Positions 40,576 through 53,700 of a stretch of DNA of 64,000 nt are shown here, one piece after another. Source of the DNA: Balanoglossus misakiensis (Eukaryota > Animalia > Hemichordata). The position numbers were made by a program, and so were the translations under genes. Where the stretch lies: the NCBI GenBank assembly GCA_040954595.2, contig CM082578.2:5872831-5936830 (forward strand), written 5' to 3'. Each line of letters starts with the position of its first letter. The first letter of the stretch is position 1. Below the pieces are notes generated by a model. The model did no database searches and was not told the origin of the DNA. It saw only the letters and a program-made list of their open reading frames with translations.

Positions 40576-41574
40576 CAATTGCAGTTATTATCATTCCTGT
40601 TGAATAAATTACACGCGTCTGTTTTCATTTTTTTTCTTGAAAATCACCATCATTCCGTAGCTTTTATGATCCAGGAAAATTCAAAGCAAAATTTTTCCGA
40701 CCGTTGATATATATTAGATGCCGAACACCAAGCAACTCTGTTGACAGCCTCATTACAACTACCCACGACGTGATGTATGCGGTGAAACGAGACCCCCACC
40801 CATAAAGGGTCGGGGATTATGAGCCTATACAAATTAGGACAAAATGCATTCCTACCACAAACACTTTATACAGATCAAACATTCAACGACGATATTGTGT
40901 TTTTAATGAATGCCATCCGCTAACGCCGATAAAGCTTAAAGCTAACATGTTCAATCGTATAATTGAGAACGGCATCGATGAAGCCCTGGATGTGTGCACC
41001 CATATGTTGAAAAAAAACAGAACCATACAAGATGTATCCCGTACACGACGAGAACCGACGCTGGAACTTGTCCAAGAATGCCTCACTCCACGATCTGTGC
41101 GGAACTGATTACTTTTGCGTTTGACGGTCAGATATCATGGTGAACACATCGCTCAACAACGTTAACATCTATAATACCAACACATATCAACAGAGTTTGA
41201 CGACGACGACGATGATGATGATAGATTGATCATCCACGCTGTCGAAACTAATCGTACATTTTACCGAACACCATACGCAGCGTCTTCAACTATGGACTTA
41301 TTATATGCAGCAACATCAAGATTTTCGTGTACAATGGATAAAGTTGGGACGAATCACGCGTTCGCGTTCGAAGGGAATTCTACAAAAACAAAACGAGAAA
41401 AAGAAAACTGAATCGACGTATTATTTGACATGGTATAAATTTTAGTAGTTACACGTTTTTGTCCACTTTGACGAACTGACCCAAACCCGAAGTCGCAGAC
41501 CTGCAGTCCACCTTTAGTTTGCCTTTAATATGATTATGGAAATTGCATAAAGGAATATCACACCTGTTTCGTTG

Positions 41575-43090
41575 AAGTTTCGAGTTTGTTTCTTTGGAAA
41601 TGTGTGTTTCGTGATGCTGTCTTCAGATGAATCGTGGTTACCGTACTATTTTGCTGTTTATCTTATTTTACACATGAATTCAATTTAACTAGAAGGAGTT
41701 ACTATATATAGCTAGTGATAACTTTGAAAAAACGCTGATACCGAATAATACAACAGCTAGTATATGTCTACAAATAGGTATGTGGTGTAGTTAAAACTAA
41801 AAATATACTTTGATAGGTATATACTATTTTAGAAAGTAAACAACAAAAAACAGGAAAACATTTTTAAAATACCCATAAAATTATGAAAATACCAACATGG
41901 ACATATACTTTGATAGAATGCATTTTATTGTCAATAAAGGTATTGGAATATTTTTGTGTCGACTAGTACCAGAAAGTTAAAAATTTCCCAAAAAGTATAC
42001 TAAATTGTCTCAAATGTTTGTAGTTTCGAGTTTGTTTCTTTGGACATATTGGCGATGCTGTTATCTTCACATGAATCGTGGAATTATTTTGCTGTTTATT
42101 TTACTTTTTACATAAGAATACAATTTAACTAGAACGAGATACGTGTTGGTTAATTAATAGCTAGTGATAATTTTGAAAACACGGTGATACCGAATAGTAC
42201 GGCAGCTAGTATATGTCTACAAATTGGTAAATGTGGTGTAGTTAAAACATCGTTTGGGTATAGAATGAATTTTGTAATTGTCAATAAATTTATTGTGTTT
42301 TTGGCATTTTTTAGTATCGACTAGTAATAAAAATTTAAATGTACCCCAAAGTACGTTGTAGATGTAAATGTTTTAGTACTCGGCCCTTGTATAGTGGCTG
42401 TTTTTGTCGATGACACCCGGGTGGGGAGGGGATGGTGTTGTCCAACCATTTTCATTCGGGAATGCGCGGCCCAAGTTCCAAGCACAAATTATACTCCGAC
42501 GTATGACCCATTGTTAGCTATTTCTAGTCAAAGATTTGCGAAATCTTCGAGTCGCAGTGATCGATATTTTTTTTGCGATATTTGCACGTGAAGGTTTGTT
42601 TCAGAACTTAGCAATGGCCTGTGTTATCAACCCCCCATTTAGAGATTTATTTCTGACGAAAAGTCGACCCATGTTTAGGGGTTATAAACCAGCCAACCAA
42701 TGTATTACACATCAAAGTAACTTGGAAACAAGTTTAAAAGTACCGACGCAGTGTTGGCCGTGTTGTACAGCTGTATAATACAAATTACCATTAACCACAT
42801 TGTTTGCAACGATGATCGGTGGGATCTTTGAAAAACGCTCAGACCGAACAAGACAGCGACTATATAGTAGATGTATATTTCTATAAAGTGGTAAATGTGG
42901 TCTATTTCTGTTAAAGGCCGTCTTTAAAAATATACATTGGGGTCAAAATTTTGAAGCAACCCATATGGTACTGGTATAGAGTGCATTTATTGGAATGAAG
43001 GTATTGTATCTTTCATTTGGTATATTTATAACATGTACCGACTAGTAATAAAAAGTTTAATATATGCCAAAAATATGTTGTTGATGCATT
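41575..43090 (+). repeat. Degenerate tandem duplication, ~450-bp unit (41575-42020, 42022-42370, partial 42880-43090), partly shared with 20590-20750
   Basis: Repeated AGTTTCGAGTTTGTTTCTTTGGA..TCTTCAxATGAATCGTGG..TGATACCGAATA..GCTAGTATATGTCTACAAAT..CGACTAGTA. Confidence 0.7.
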
Positions 43091-46000
43091 TATTTCAGTC
43101 CACGACCCATTTAAGTTTTTAAAAACACCTGAGCTAATGTAGTACTATTTTCTCTGCGCGATTTTTTGTGGGGGTGTGCTTTTTCAAACTTCCTCATTTC
43201 AGGGAAAAGTATGGTTCTCGGGACGCAAAAAATACAGTCCGTCTCAATGTACAGTTCGTTTTGTATTCACAAGGAATTGCCACACGTATACAAACTTCTT
43301 GTGTTTGTATATATATAATCCGTAGAACCACGGGGTAGAGTTAAGTTCAGGGAAAATATATACATACCATTGATATAAACTGAATACGTTTTGTTGTCAG
43401 TCAGCCTTGTTTTCTTCTTCTGATTTTCTGTTTCCGGTACGATTCTAACAGGGACCCTACTTTGGGGAACTCTTGCTACCGCCTGACCGTCTCCTATCTT
43501 GTCCAGCAAGGAAAGGTATGAGGTCAGGTACATTTTGTAGACTTACCCACGTCTATATGGGCTTCATTTCAGAAAACGTTTTCCGAGTGTCTCCATATAG
43601 CATGTGTGGAGTTAAGGCAGCGAGTGTGAGCGCGTAACTCGTTGAACCTACAGCTCAGCCCCGAATTCGAGACTCAGCTCTGTACCAGAAACTCGCTCAC
43701 AGCAAGCAGACACGCGAAAAGTATTACCAGTAAGTCCAAATAGTGAAATAAAACTCCGAGTAAAACTTAGCATATTAAGAGAGGTGGAAACGGGGTGACA
43801 GAACTCCTCAGAACTAAAAACTCCCGCAAGTGTCGAAGCAGGCCGACTGCACATAAACAAAACAGTTGAGTACCACCATGCACCATTGACAACTAAAACA
43901 ATTTTATGCATTGATATCGAAAAATTCTGATAAGTCGCACTTGAATAGAGAACATTACGCGTTAAATCTCAAACTCTAAAACCCTTCTCGTAAAATCTCA
44001 TTTTTGGGTGTCATACACGACAGGCAAAGTTGAAAAATCGTAAGTCTTATTCACTTACAGCTCATGTTAGTCGCAATTTTATCATTGACAGACCACGTGG
44101 ATGTTGTTTACATAGCCAAACTGCCTAATGCGTCAAAGTAAAGGGTCACAAATCACCGAAAATAACCGAAGAAGCTTCGCACAAATGGTGAAAAACTTTG
44201 GTGATTAATTATTCATGACGTAACGCAATGGCGATTGCCGATTGGTCAATTCTACTATGCCACCCTGAGATATTACCCAGACTGCTCATTGGCGTACGGA
44301 CATTGGATGCATCCATCTTGTTTTTGATCACGTGGTCAGACCCTCCAGTTTGCATATGCTCACACAGGGGATAAGGAATCTTGAAATACTCTTATGTATA
44401 TACTCTTTGAAGTTACACACCTTTAGAGGTAACGCAGCTAGTGATGGGAATGGGGCAGTGGACGACCCGACTAGTCTGGTTCCCTGTCTCTTTCGCACGC
44501 CGCTGGAGCTACTCTGCATCCAGCGACTGGGATTGGGCAGGGTCAGACTAGGAAAATAGCAATGGACACTTCACAATCTGGAACTATTATAGAAGTACAG
44601 AAGCCATACTTGTCTAAGACTATAAAGACACAAGCTGCGGCCTCATTAATTTACGTGTCACACAATAAAATGACATGAAAGAAGAAAATACTCGTGATAG
44701 ATCTTGAGATTAAACAATTAATTTTCTGCATTCAATTCAATTCACTTTAGTTAAATATTAATAATGCGAGTTAATGTCATTTCGTTACTTCTGGCCCCGG
44801 CCAAGGAAAAATGAGAATGTGTATCGGGAGAAAAATAAGAGTATCAGCTATATGTTAAATTGCATTACAAATTTAGACAACATTTCATACACAATGCCTC
44901 TTGTAATCTGTCGTTATACTGCTCAAATTGCAATTTATTAATTTAGACACCGTACATGTATCACACGCCGCGCCGCCATTCGCAAGTAATTCGTAAAATT
45001 CATATAGTAGCCGATGGCATTTGCGGTTAAAACTTTCCGTACTGTATCATATGGATGACGTGTTTAATAAGTTTGTGGTCATTCCAGACAGTTGAGAAAT
45101 GCTTTGCTTCTGCTCAATGACTACTTTTTTTCGGGGGGGGGGGGGGTGTTTACTGCAGGCCACTGATCTGTGTTGAATATTGGACGTGAATTGCTTAAAA
45201 AATTGCCAATTGTTTGGACAATTTTCCCTAACCTTTGACCTTTATTCGATACATTTTAATCTTTATATGTGCATACAGTACATGTATGTAATTCCACGCT
45301 TTCACACCAGGCCTACAGTTTAAGCTTTTGTATCAGAACAGACATGACGCATACCGCATGGCAATTATTTGACATTAATAGTACGTAGGAAACAGATTAG
45401 ATGGATGGGTTTATACAGTCAATATCCATGTATTGACCAGCCATTTAAGAGCATACGCCTGTCTGCCCGAGAAAACTGTTGAGTCGCTTCAAAATGTATG
45501 CTTAGAGGCACAGAAGTCTGGTTGCCCGATTATCTGAAGAGCCTGTAACTCAGACAAAAGCTACGGCCTTTTCAATTTACCTGCCACACAATAACAATGC
45601 CAGAAAATGACATTTAATTCGCTGACACAAAAGAAGCAAAAACGTTCGTGACAGAAATAGGAATTGAACAATTGTTACAGGCATTTCAATTTAGTTTATT
45701 ATTGATAAAAGCAATTTAACGATCTAATAATGTCATTTGACACCTCTTGAAGAATATATATTCGGGAGAAAAGAAACACAGAGTGTCAGGTATACTAGAT
45801 AGAAATTGCATTACAAATTTAAATGTGAAGTCATCAAAAAAGCCTCCAGCACGCGCGCACAACTCTTATAATTCCTTTCCTGGCCATATAAGTTTTCGAT
45901 ATATGACAAAAATCTTTGAAAAAACTTCTTTCAAGAACTATTTCTCAAGAACCATTAGACAGTTCGGAATGGTTGGATGACTACTTATAGATATGTGCGG

Positions 46001-46642
46001 CGACATTTGCATAGTGGTTCTCTTAGATTAACCATATCTGCATAATAGGCTTCTCTTTATTTCTTTTATCTTGTGCATATGTAATTCCATGCTAAAAAGT
46101 GACCAGTGGGGTTCGTTTTGTCGACGATGGATCAGCCCGGGCCCAAAATTTAACCCAACTTCTACAACATTCGCATATGTCATCAGTATATACAGTATAT
46201 GTGTTCCTTGTGTTTTCTGGAACACGTCACTCTATGGAGCCATTCATTAAATGACAACTTTTCAAATATTTTTTTAATTACGCTCCTGCCTTATTCAAAG
46301 TTTTCATAATTATGCTAAGGGGATTTTTTCAGTCAGAAAATAAAGATACTTGAACACCCTTGCTCGGGAATGTAAAATCTGCAATACAGTGGTAAAAACT
46401 GACTAATATTGGATTCCCCACATCAATTCGCGGGCACAGAACCATTGGGCCAAACCGCATCCCGTAGATAGACTCAATTACTCTTACTAAAATAACAAGC
46501 ACTTTGCAAAAAATGTCAACGTAGTTTCATTGAAGTCCGTTGATTTATACGATATTTCATGGTATACAATCACAAAATAATCCCAATTGTGGTCATCTTT
46601 CAGAAAAGGGACTAGTCTTGTACAAATGCTTAAAAGCATAAC

Positions 46643-46912
46643 ATCAGATGATACAGGCAATGTGATTATACAAATTATCCGACGGTATGCGATTGGCTGG
46701 CGTACGACTGAATGACGTGAATTAACACCACCAATAAAAGCGTGTGGGTGTGCCTATAGCAACTGACTGATGTACTTGTATGTCACAACCCTGTATACCC
46801 CACAGTTTAAATTGTGCTTATGCGTGTAAAACAGGATGAAATACTGAGATGTTTCAACTAGTCCTATTTTCGCTGTTATTGCTATACTGTACGCGCATAA
46901 CCGAAGGAACAG
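46643..46912 (+). repeat. Duplicate of the SRCR promoter plus signal-peptide exon (46849-46912)
   Basis: Near-identical to 47535-47801; encodes [21 protein letters not shown] followed by GT at 46913. Confidence 0.8.
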
Positions 46913-46914
46913 GT

Positions 46915-47532
46915 ACATGTATATAGTCTGATAGGATGTCTCCCCAATTCCCCCCTAACGGCTGCATTTGGGGTGCTCATACCAACTCCTAGAATAAATT
47001 TACAAAATTTATGGTGTATTTTTTCAATATCGGTACAATTGTGAGTTCCCCAAATAGCACTTCCATACAGGAGAATTGGGAGAATCTTACAGTCAAAGAT
47101 CCTAAAAGCAATATCTGGTTGTAAACCATCTAGTTTATAAAGAATACTTTGCAAGCTGTACAGTGCTTTCCTTGCTTGATCAGCTATGTACTTTTGTGCT
47201 TGGAACCAAATACCAGAGCTAGAGAAAACAATCCCCAAATAATTATATTTTGAAACCACTTCAATTCTCTGATTTTCCAAGAACCATTTCTCAGTTTTCT
47301 TCAACCTTCCTGCTTTACGAAAAGCAATGATTTTTGTTTTGCTTAAATTAACTTTGAGTTTCCATTGTTTACAATAATCAGCTAGTCTGTTAAGCAAACG
47401 TTGTAAGCCAATTGGGGTAGAACTAAATAACAAGAGATCGTCAGCATATAACAAATAGAAAAGTTTTAACAAATTACAGTATACCACAGTTTCGGTACCC
47501 TGCGCAAGTGCTTCCCCAAGATCATTTATGTA
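46915..47532 (-). mobile_element. Non-LTR retrotransposon RT fragment (C-terminal RT)
   Basis: ORF 46882-47487: LLYADDLLL..GLQRLLNRL..WKLKVNLSKTK..YNYLGI..PILLYGSAIWG..NAAVRGELGR. Confidence 0.9.
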
Positions 47533-47737
47533 ATATCAGATGATACGAGCAAATTTAATTATACAAATTACCCGACGGTATGCGATTGGCTGGCGTACGA
47601 CTGAATGACGTGAATTAACACCACCAATAAAAGCGTGTGTGCCTATAGCAACCGACTGATGTACTTGTATGTCACAACCCTGTATACCCCACAGTTTAAA
47701 TTGTGCTTATGCGTGTAAAACAGGATGAAATACTGAG

Positions 47738-50700
47738 ATGTTTCAACTAGTCCTAATTTCGCTGTTATTGTTATACTGTACGCGCATAACCGAAGGAACA
47801 GGTAAGAGTAAACTTTGTAGTTTTGCAAGTAGTTCCTTGGTATTAATATTATTCCTGAAGATTACCATAGACCATTTTGGTTTTATTTGTTTGCGGTTGT
47901 TCGACTGAATTTGTGATTAAATTCCGATAACTGAACTGTAATGAATGTCAACAACTGTTTCATGGAACTGTCATGAAGTCGCTTTGTAAAAGTCGCAGTT
48001 TTTAATAAATTGGATTAGACGTTCTACAGTCAGGTAGAGCGTCTCTGTCACTGGTCGTGTTTCCGTTTAAAGCGGACATTTTGTTTAAAATAGAAAATTG
48101 AACATTGACAATGGATCGATGTTCAAATTGCTTCATTTCAGCAAAATAGTTGATCAACTTACTGTCATGATATCATTTCGGTGCTTGGTATGGGCTGGAA
48201 ATCATTCTATTGATGTCATTCAGCTAAAAGATTCATTCCGCGTTCGATTGAATAGACTTCCCTATCCAATTCTCTAGTCGGTAGTTTGAATGTGAAAAGC
48301 ATCCCGTGAGTGTGGAGATGTGTTTTTTTGTTTTGTTTTTGTTTTGTTAATACTTTTATTGGGAAAACAAACAGTCATTTTGATACATACATGTAAGTAA
48401 ATTTTAAAAAGTTTGACAATTTTTTTGGAAGCATAACTTAATGAAAAGAAGAGAAAAAAAAATCTAAACAATCTGGTATTCTCAGTTTGTTATATACCTC
48501 ATAAGTGACGACCATTTTTTAAGATGAAAATACATTATATGATTTGTAGTTGCAATCTTAAGTTCAATTTCATGTATGTTTTTGAGCTGAACAATAAACC
48601 CAGTGATATTCGGAATTAGGTTATTTAATTTACAGTAGTAAATGTACATTCTAACTTGCTTTGCTATAAAATTGACTATCAAAGTCTCGTTAGGGTCACC
48701 CAAAACCATACATAACACTGATGGTGTTTTTTTCAATTTAAGAGGGATACCCAACGTAAACAGTACATTGTAGGTCTCTCCAGAGAGCAGTAGTACAATT
48801 GCAACTATGAAATAAATGATCGATGGACTCTGTTTCCACTTTACATAAATCACAAAGAGCAGTTGGAAATTTCTGTGGATTGTACCTGTTTAGCTGTTTG
48901 TTTGTATACAAAATATTGTGAAGTAATTTAAATTGAAAAGCTCTAGCCTTACAATGTATTGATAACTTGTAAGTGAAGTGATACATTTTTTCCAGTGTTG
49001 CTTGACTTTTTGGAGTCTCTATAATAAATTCGTTCAAATTACATTTCAAACTCTTTTTCATTAAAGTGTCTAAATTACAGATTGTGCCATTCAATGAAAT
49101 ACAAAGCTCATGTGCACTCTGTGCTTTGGCACAATTGTTTAACTTGTTAGGAACAGAAAGTGCCAATCCTAACCACTTTAATTTATGATTTAAATTCACG
49201 CCTTTCTGCTCAAATACAGAGTGACCATGATACTCTATTAAAACCTGTAAACATGTCAGAGATGAAATTAAAGCCAGCGTCAGAAAAAGCCTTATAAAAT
49301 ACCGACTTTCCTCCAACAAGGACATTTCTGTTGTTCCAAATCACCTATAGTCCGTAGTATTTGGAATAATGTTGATTTCTGACCATGTGACAAGGCAATT
49401 ATTTATAAAACTGGAAACTTGCACAGGCAAAAGATTGGTGCGGAAGTTACATTTAAAAAGTAATTTTCCACCGACTTTCTCTAAACTGTGTACGACAAAG
49501 TGTTTCCAAGGGTGTTTACATTCCACATTCAACGGGCGTTTAATCAGTAATACTTGCTTTGTTTTTATCATCACTTCTAAATTGGGCATTTTTAAGCCTC
49601 CTTGGCCCACCTCCCCTATCATTACATTCCTGCGAACCCGGTCTTGACCATTCCAGAGAAAATTATAAATTAACTTATGAACCCGACCTATTACTTCATT
49701 AGGAAAAATTACATGTGTAAGCACATACGTTAATTTGGAAATTGCCAATGACTTAATAACTTGAACTTTCCCAATGATGGTCAAATTCCTATTTTTCCAC
49801 ATATTGAGGACCTTTTTTAGATTTTCGACTGGGGTAACAATATTTTTTTCCTGGGCAATTTTTTCATTATAAGAAAAATGAGTCCCCACAATCTTGATAG
49901 TAGGGGTGGGCCACTTTACCCCGAACGCCTCATCTTTTCGAAGTCTCCATTTCCCAAGCCTTATAGAAGCATTATAAAAGGAAGTTAACATTTCAAAAAC
50001 AATTCTTACAGAGTTTTCATTTGATAAAAAACAGGTCATATCGTCGGCGAACGCCGACTCCTTAAGGATGTACGCGCAGAACATAAACCGGAAACAGTGC
50101 GCGCCCGGTCTTTTTCCCATAGGATTACATTGAAAATTGCTAGAAAACAAACTTCTACTATTGTCATTTTCACAAAATTTTACACATAGCTCAGTCCAGC
50201 AAATATAAATTCATTGGTCAAATAAAATATAGGGGTCACCGCGCTCTATTTTGAGATAAATTGCGTCAAAAATTTTGCCCATAGACAAACCATTGGTGAA
50301 AAATGCTGAGTCAGCAGTTTTCTTCTATTATCGACTAAATTCAAGGCTCTGTATTTCAAAAACAAGCGCGGTGACCCCTATATTTTATTACGGATTTTCA
50401 TTATACATACAAAGGAGAATCCAAAAATCCACAATTAAAAAAAATGACAATACTTTCAATTTTACTGAACGTACATCCTTAACACTGCCAATATTTATAC
50501 CACTAATCTGTCGGTTACTTCTTATTGAGTGCAAGAGTGTTTCTAAAACCACAATAAATAACATGGGTGACAAAGGGTCACCTTGGCGCACTCCCTTCTC
50601 AAGCTTAAAATAGCCAGTCCCAAACCCATTGTTCATTACAGTGCTTTCGATGTTAAAATATAAAGCTTTAACCCAGTTGATGAAGGACACTCCAAAATTA

Positions 50701-53700
50701 AAGGATGACAACGTATTGTAGAGATAATCCCTTAATAACTTACAGTGTCAAAAGCTTTTTCGAAATCTATGGCTAATAAAATTGCTGAAATATCAGCATT
50801 ACAGGTGTTGTGAAAAATATCATCAATCAAACGGATATAATCACCAATGTTTCTACCCCGGACAAAGGCTGCTTGGGAGTCACCAATTAAGCAGGGCAAA
50901 ACACTCTCAATACGTTTAACAAGGCATTTTAAAGCAAGCTTCATGTCAACATTCATAAGGGAGATTGGTCTCCAATTTTTCAGATAGAGTTGATCCTTCC
51001 AGGTTTATCAATCAGAGTTATGACACTCTGTTTCTGTTAGTTTGAAAATTCCCCCGTTCTGTAACCATAATTGAGAGAATTCAAAACTAAATTCCCCAAC
51101 TGTGGCCTAAAAGCCACGTAAAATTATTTGTAAGGCCATCATTGCCGGGGCTTTTGTTGTCTGGAAGGGAGAGAAGAACAGAGAAAACTTCCCCAGGGGT
51201 CAAAGGACCCTCACACAAAACTTTATCATTCTCTGACAACATTGGTAAATTTGCATCCATGAAATAATGCACATCGTTGGAGTTTGTGGCGCACCTTGAG
51301 TAAAGCTTGGCATAAAACTGCTTAATTTCACACAAAATATTCTTTGGGTTGTCTATAATTATATACTCATCTTTCTTCAAATTGCTGATACTCGAGTTGC
51401 GTTTATTTACCTTTTCCAAACTTAAGAAGAACTTGTTACATTTTTCATGTATATGCGCCCAATATAGAAAAAGAGCATGTAACTTTTCTAGAAGAAATGT
51501 GTTTTTTACTGGTCAAATATGTAACCGATCCCAACACAATTGTCAATTTAGGAGGGGATTTAAATTTCACCTATAATATTGCCCCTTGACCGCTCAGGAG
51601 GCAATCCTAAACCATGGGGAAAGTCCATTGCTCTTTTAGATAGGATATCTGACGTTTTCAATTTGATTGACATATGGAGGGTGCGTCATGAAGAAAAGAG
51701 AGGTTTTACCTGGAGAAGGCGCAGGCCTCATATCACTCAGAGTAGACTTGATTACTTTTTCATCTCTAGCGCCTTACAGCAACAAATCAGTAGTGTTCAG
51801 ATTATTCCTGGAGTGGATTCCGACCATTCAGCTGTCTCTTTGGTGTATAAATATTGCCAAAACGAGCGTGGTCCTGGCTACTGGAAGTTTAATTCTAGTT
51901 TAATTTACGACAGTACTTTCAAAACCATTCTGCACGATAATATAGACGAGTGGATTCGTGAATCCACTAGGTTAAATGATGGGGTTCGCTGGTACTTCAT
52001 AAAATTTAAGATTAGAGGTTTTGTGATTGATTACAGCAAAACAGTGGCGAAAAAACGTAGACAAACTTTAAAGAATCTTGAACTGTCGGTGAAGTTTCTT
52101 GAGGGTCTTTGCTTTAATCGTCCTACAGTGCAAAATTACGAGATGCTCGAGTCAGCGAAAAGTGATTTGGAAAAGTGTGTGGAGATATTTCCAAAACCAA
52201 CTTCACCGCCATAGTTCTATATTATTTTATATGCACAGCCTTGTTTATCAGTTGCAATAACTGTAGCCTTAGTGGTGGGCTGGTTTATCGCTGTCGGCTG
52301 GCCGTCAGCGGATCAGGCCAGCCGACAGCGATACACCAGCCCACCACCAAGGTTACAATAATATTATTGCAGCTACATGTTCATATGACTTTCTCCCAGA
52401 ATGAGCGGGCCTTTTCGAAGCCTTGTCCTCACTACTGGTTGTTTCCTAGTAACAGAGTTTAAGAACATGGCAACAAGAAAAATATAGTACTATTTAGTAA
52501 AGAATTATGAAACACTAAGAGAAGACATTTTTCAGCCCGTGCCAAGCACCAAAATGATATCAAGAGATGGAAGAAAATGAGAGCGAACAGTCGCTGTATA
52601 AAGAAGACAGGATATTTTCTAAACTGTATACCAAGCGTCAAATTGATATCATGCCATTAATATGGCCAATTCTTGTTGAGATTTATTTGCCTATTTCACG
52701 TTATAAATACAACTCTTGTGTCATTATTACATATTGCTCTACTCTTGGATTGTGTCTACTGTAAAATGTTTGTCGCTGTGAATACGCGTAAATATATTAA
52801 CAATTTCTCATTTTCATACCCCTGACTCCCTCGATACCCCTAAAATTGGAGCCCCCTACAGCCTCAGCCTGCGTGGTTAATAAAGTTCAAGCTAGCTCCC
52901 ACCGACACGATGAATATTCTCTCGGGGGAATTTCTAACAGTATTGACTATTTGCACAAGAAAGTAATGAGATCGTAAGACAATAATGAATCTCTGTGTTT
53001 TGCTCAAGAAAATATTGCTCTGGTTAATATTCATTTATTCCTCTGTAAGGGGAACATTCTAGGTTAAAATTTATGATGAGAAAAAAAAGCTTTTAACAGT
53101 TCAATAGTTGCATCTTATCAATGCATGTAAAACATGTTATTTTCGCGAGTTGAAATTTTCTCGATATCGAGAGAGGCCACTGTTACTACGCTAGTATTAA
53201 TTTTCGCGTTCTCGTACTGCTTCGTTATCTCCGAAAAACTACTATTGTCGCATTCGTAGCAAGATTTTTTGTCCACAAACCACGATGTTTAAACTAATTG
53301 CACGATGTGTAGCAAAACCATGAAACCGCAACCATTTTAATAAATTTCAAACTGAAAACATTTTGTTGCGTGTGTGTTTGACTATAGTTCTATTATTTTA
53401 CCACATTGTTCTTTCATAACTATATTTACGCGAGTCTTTATTTTCGCGTTTTTTGGTTCTCGCGTATTTCGCGCAAATGTATTGCTCGCGAAAATAACAT
53501 GTTTTACAGATCACTTACGAACTAATTTCAGCATAGCTGCAAGTGCAGTAACTATACTGACGTACACCACTAATATCAAAAGTTAGTGCAAAACTACATT
53601 TTACTATATCATAAAATACTTCATGGGACATTGAGATGACCGTGAGATACATACCTGTACATTTAATTTCCACTGAGTTTGTGATGATGTTTTGAAAATA

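Noticed and set aside
44780-45830. Short diverged duplication (~44800-44880 vs ~45750-45825)
   Set aside because: Weak, non-coding, no diagnostic structure
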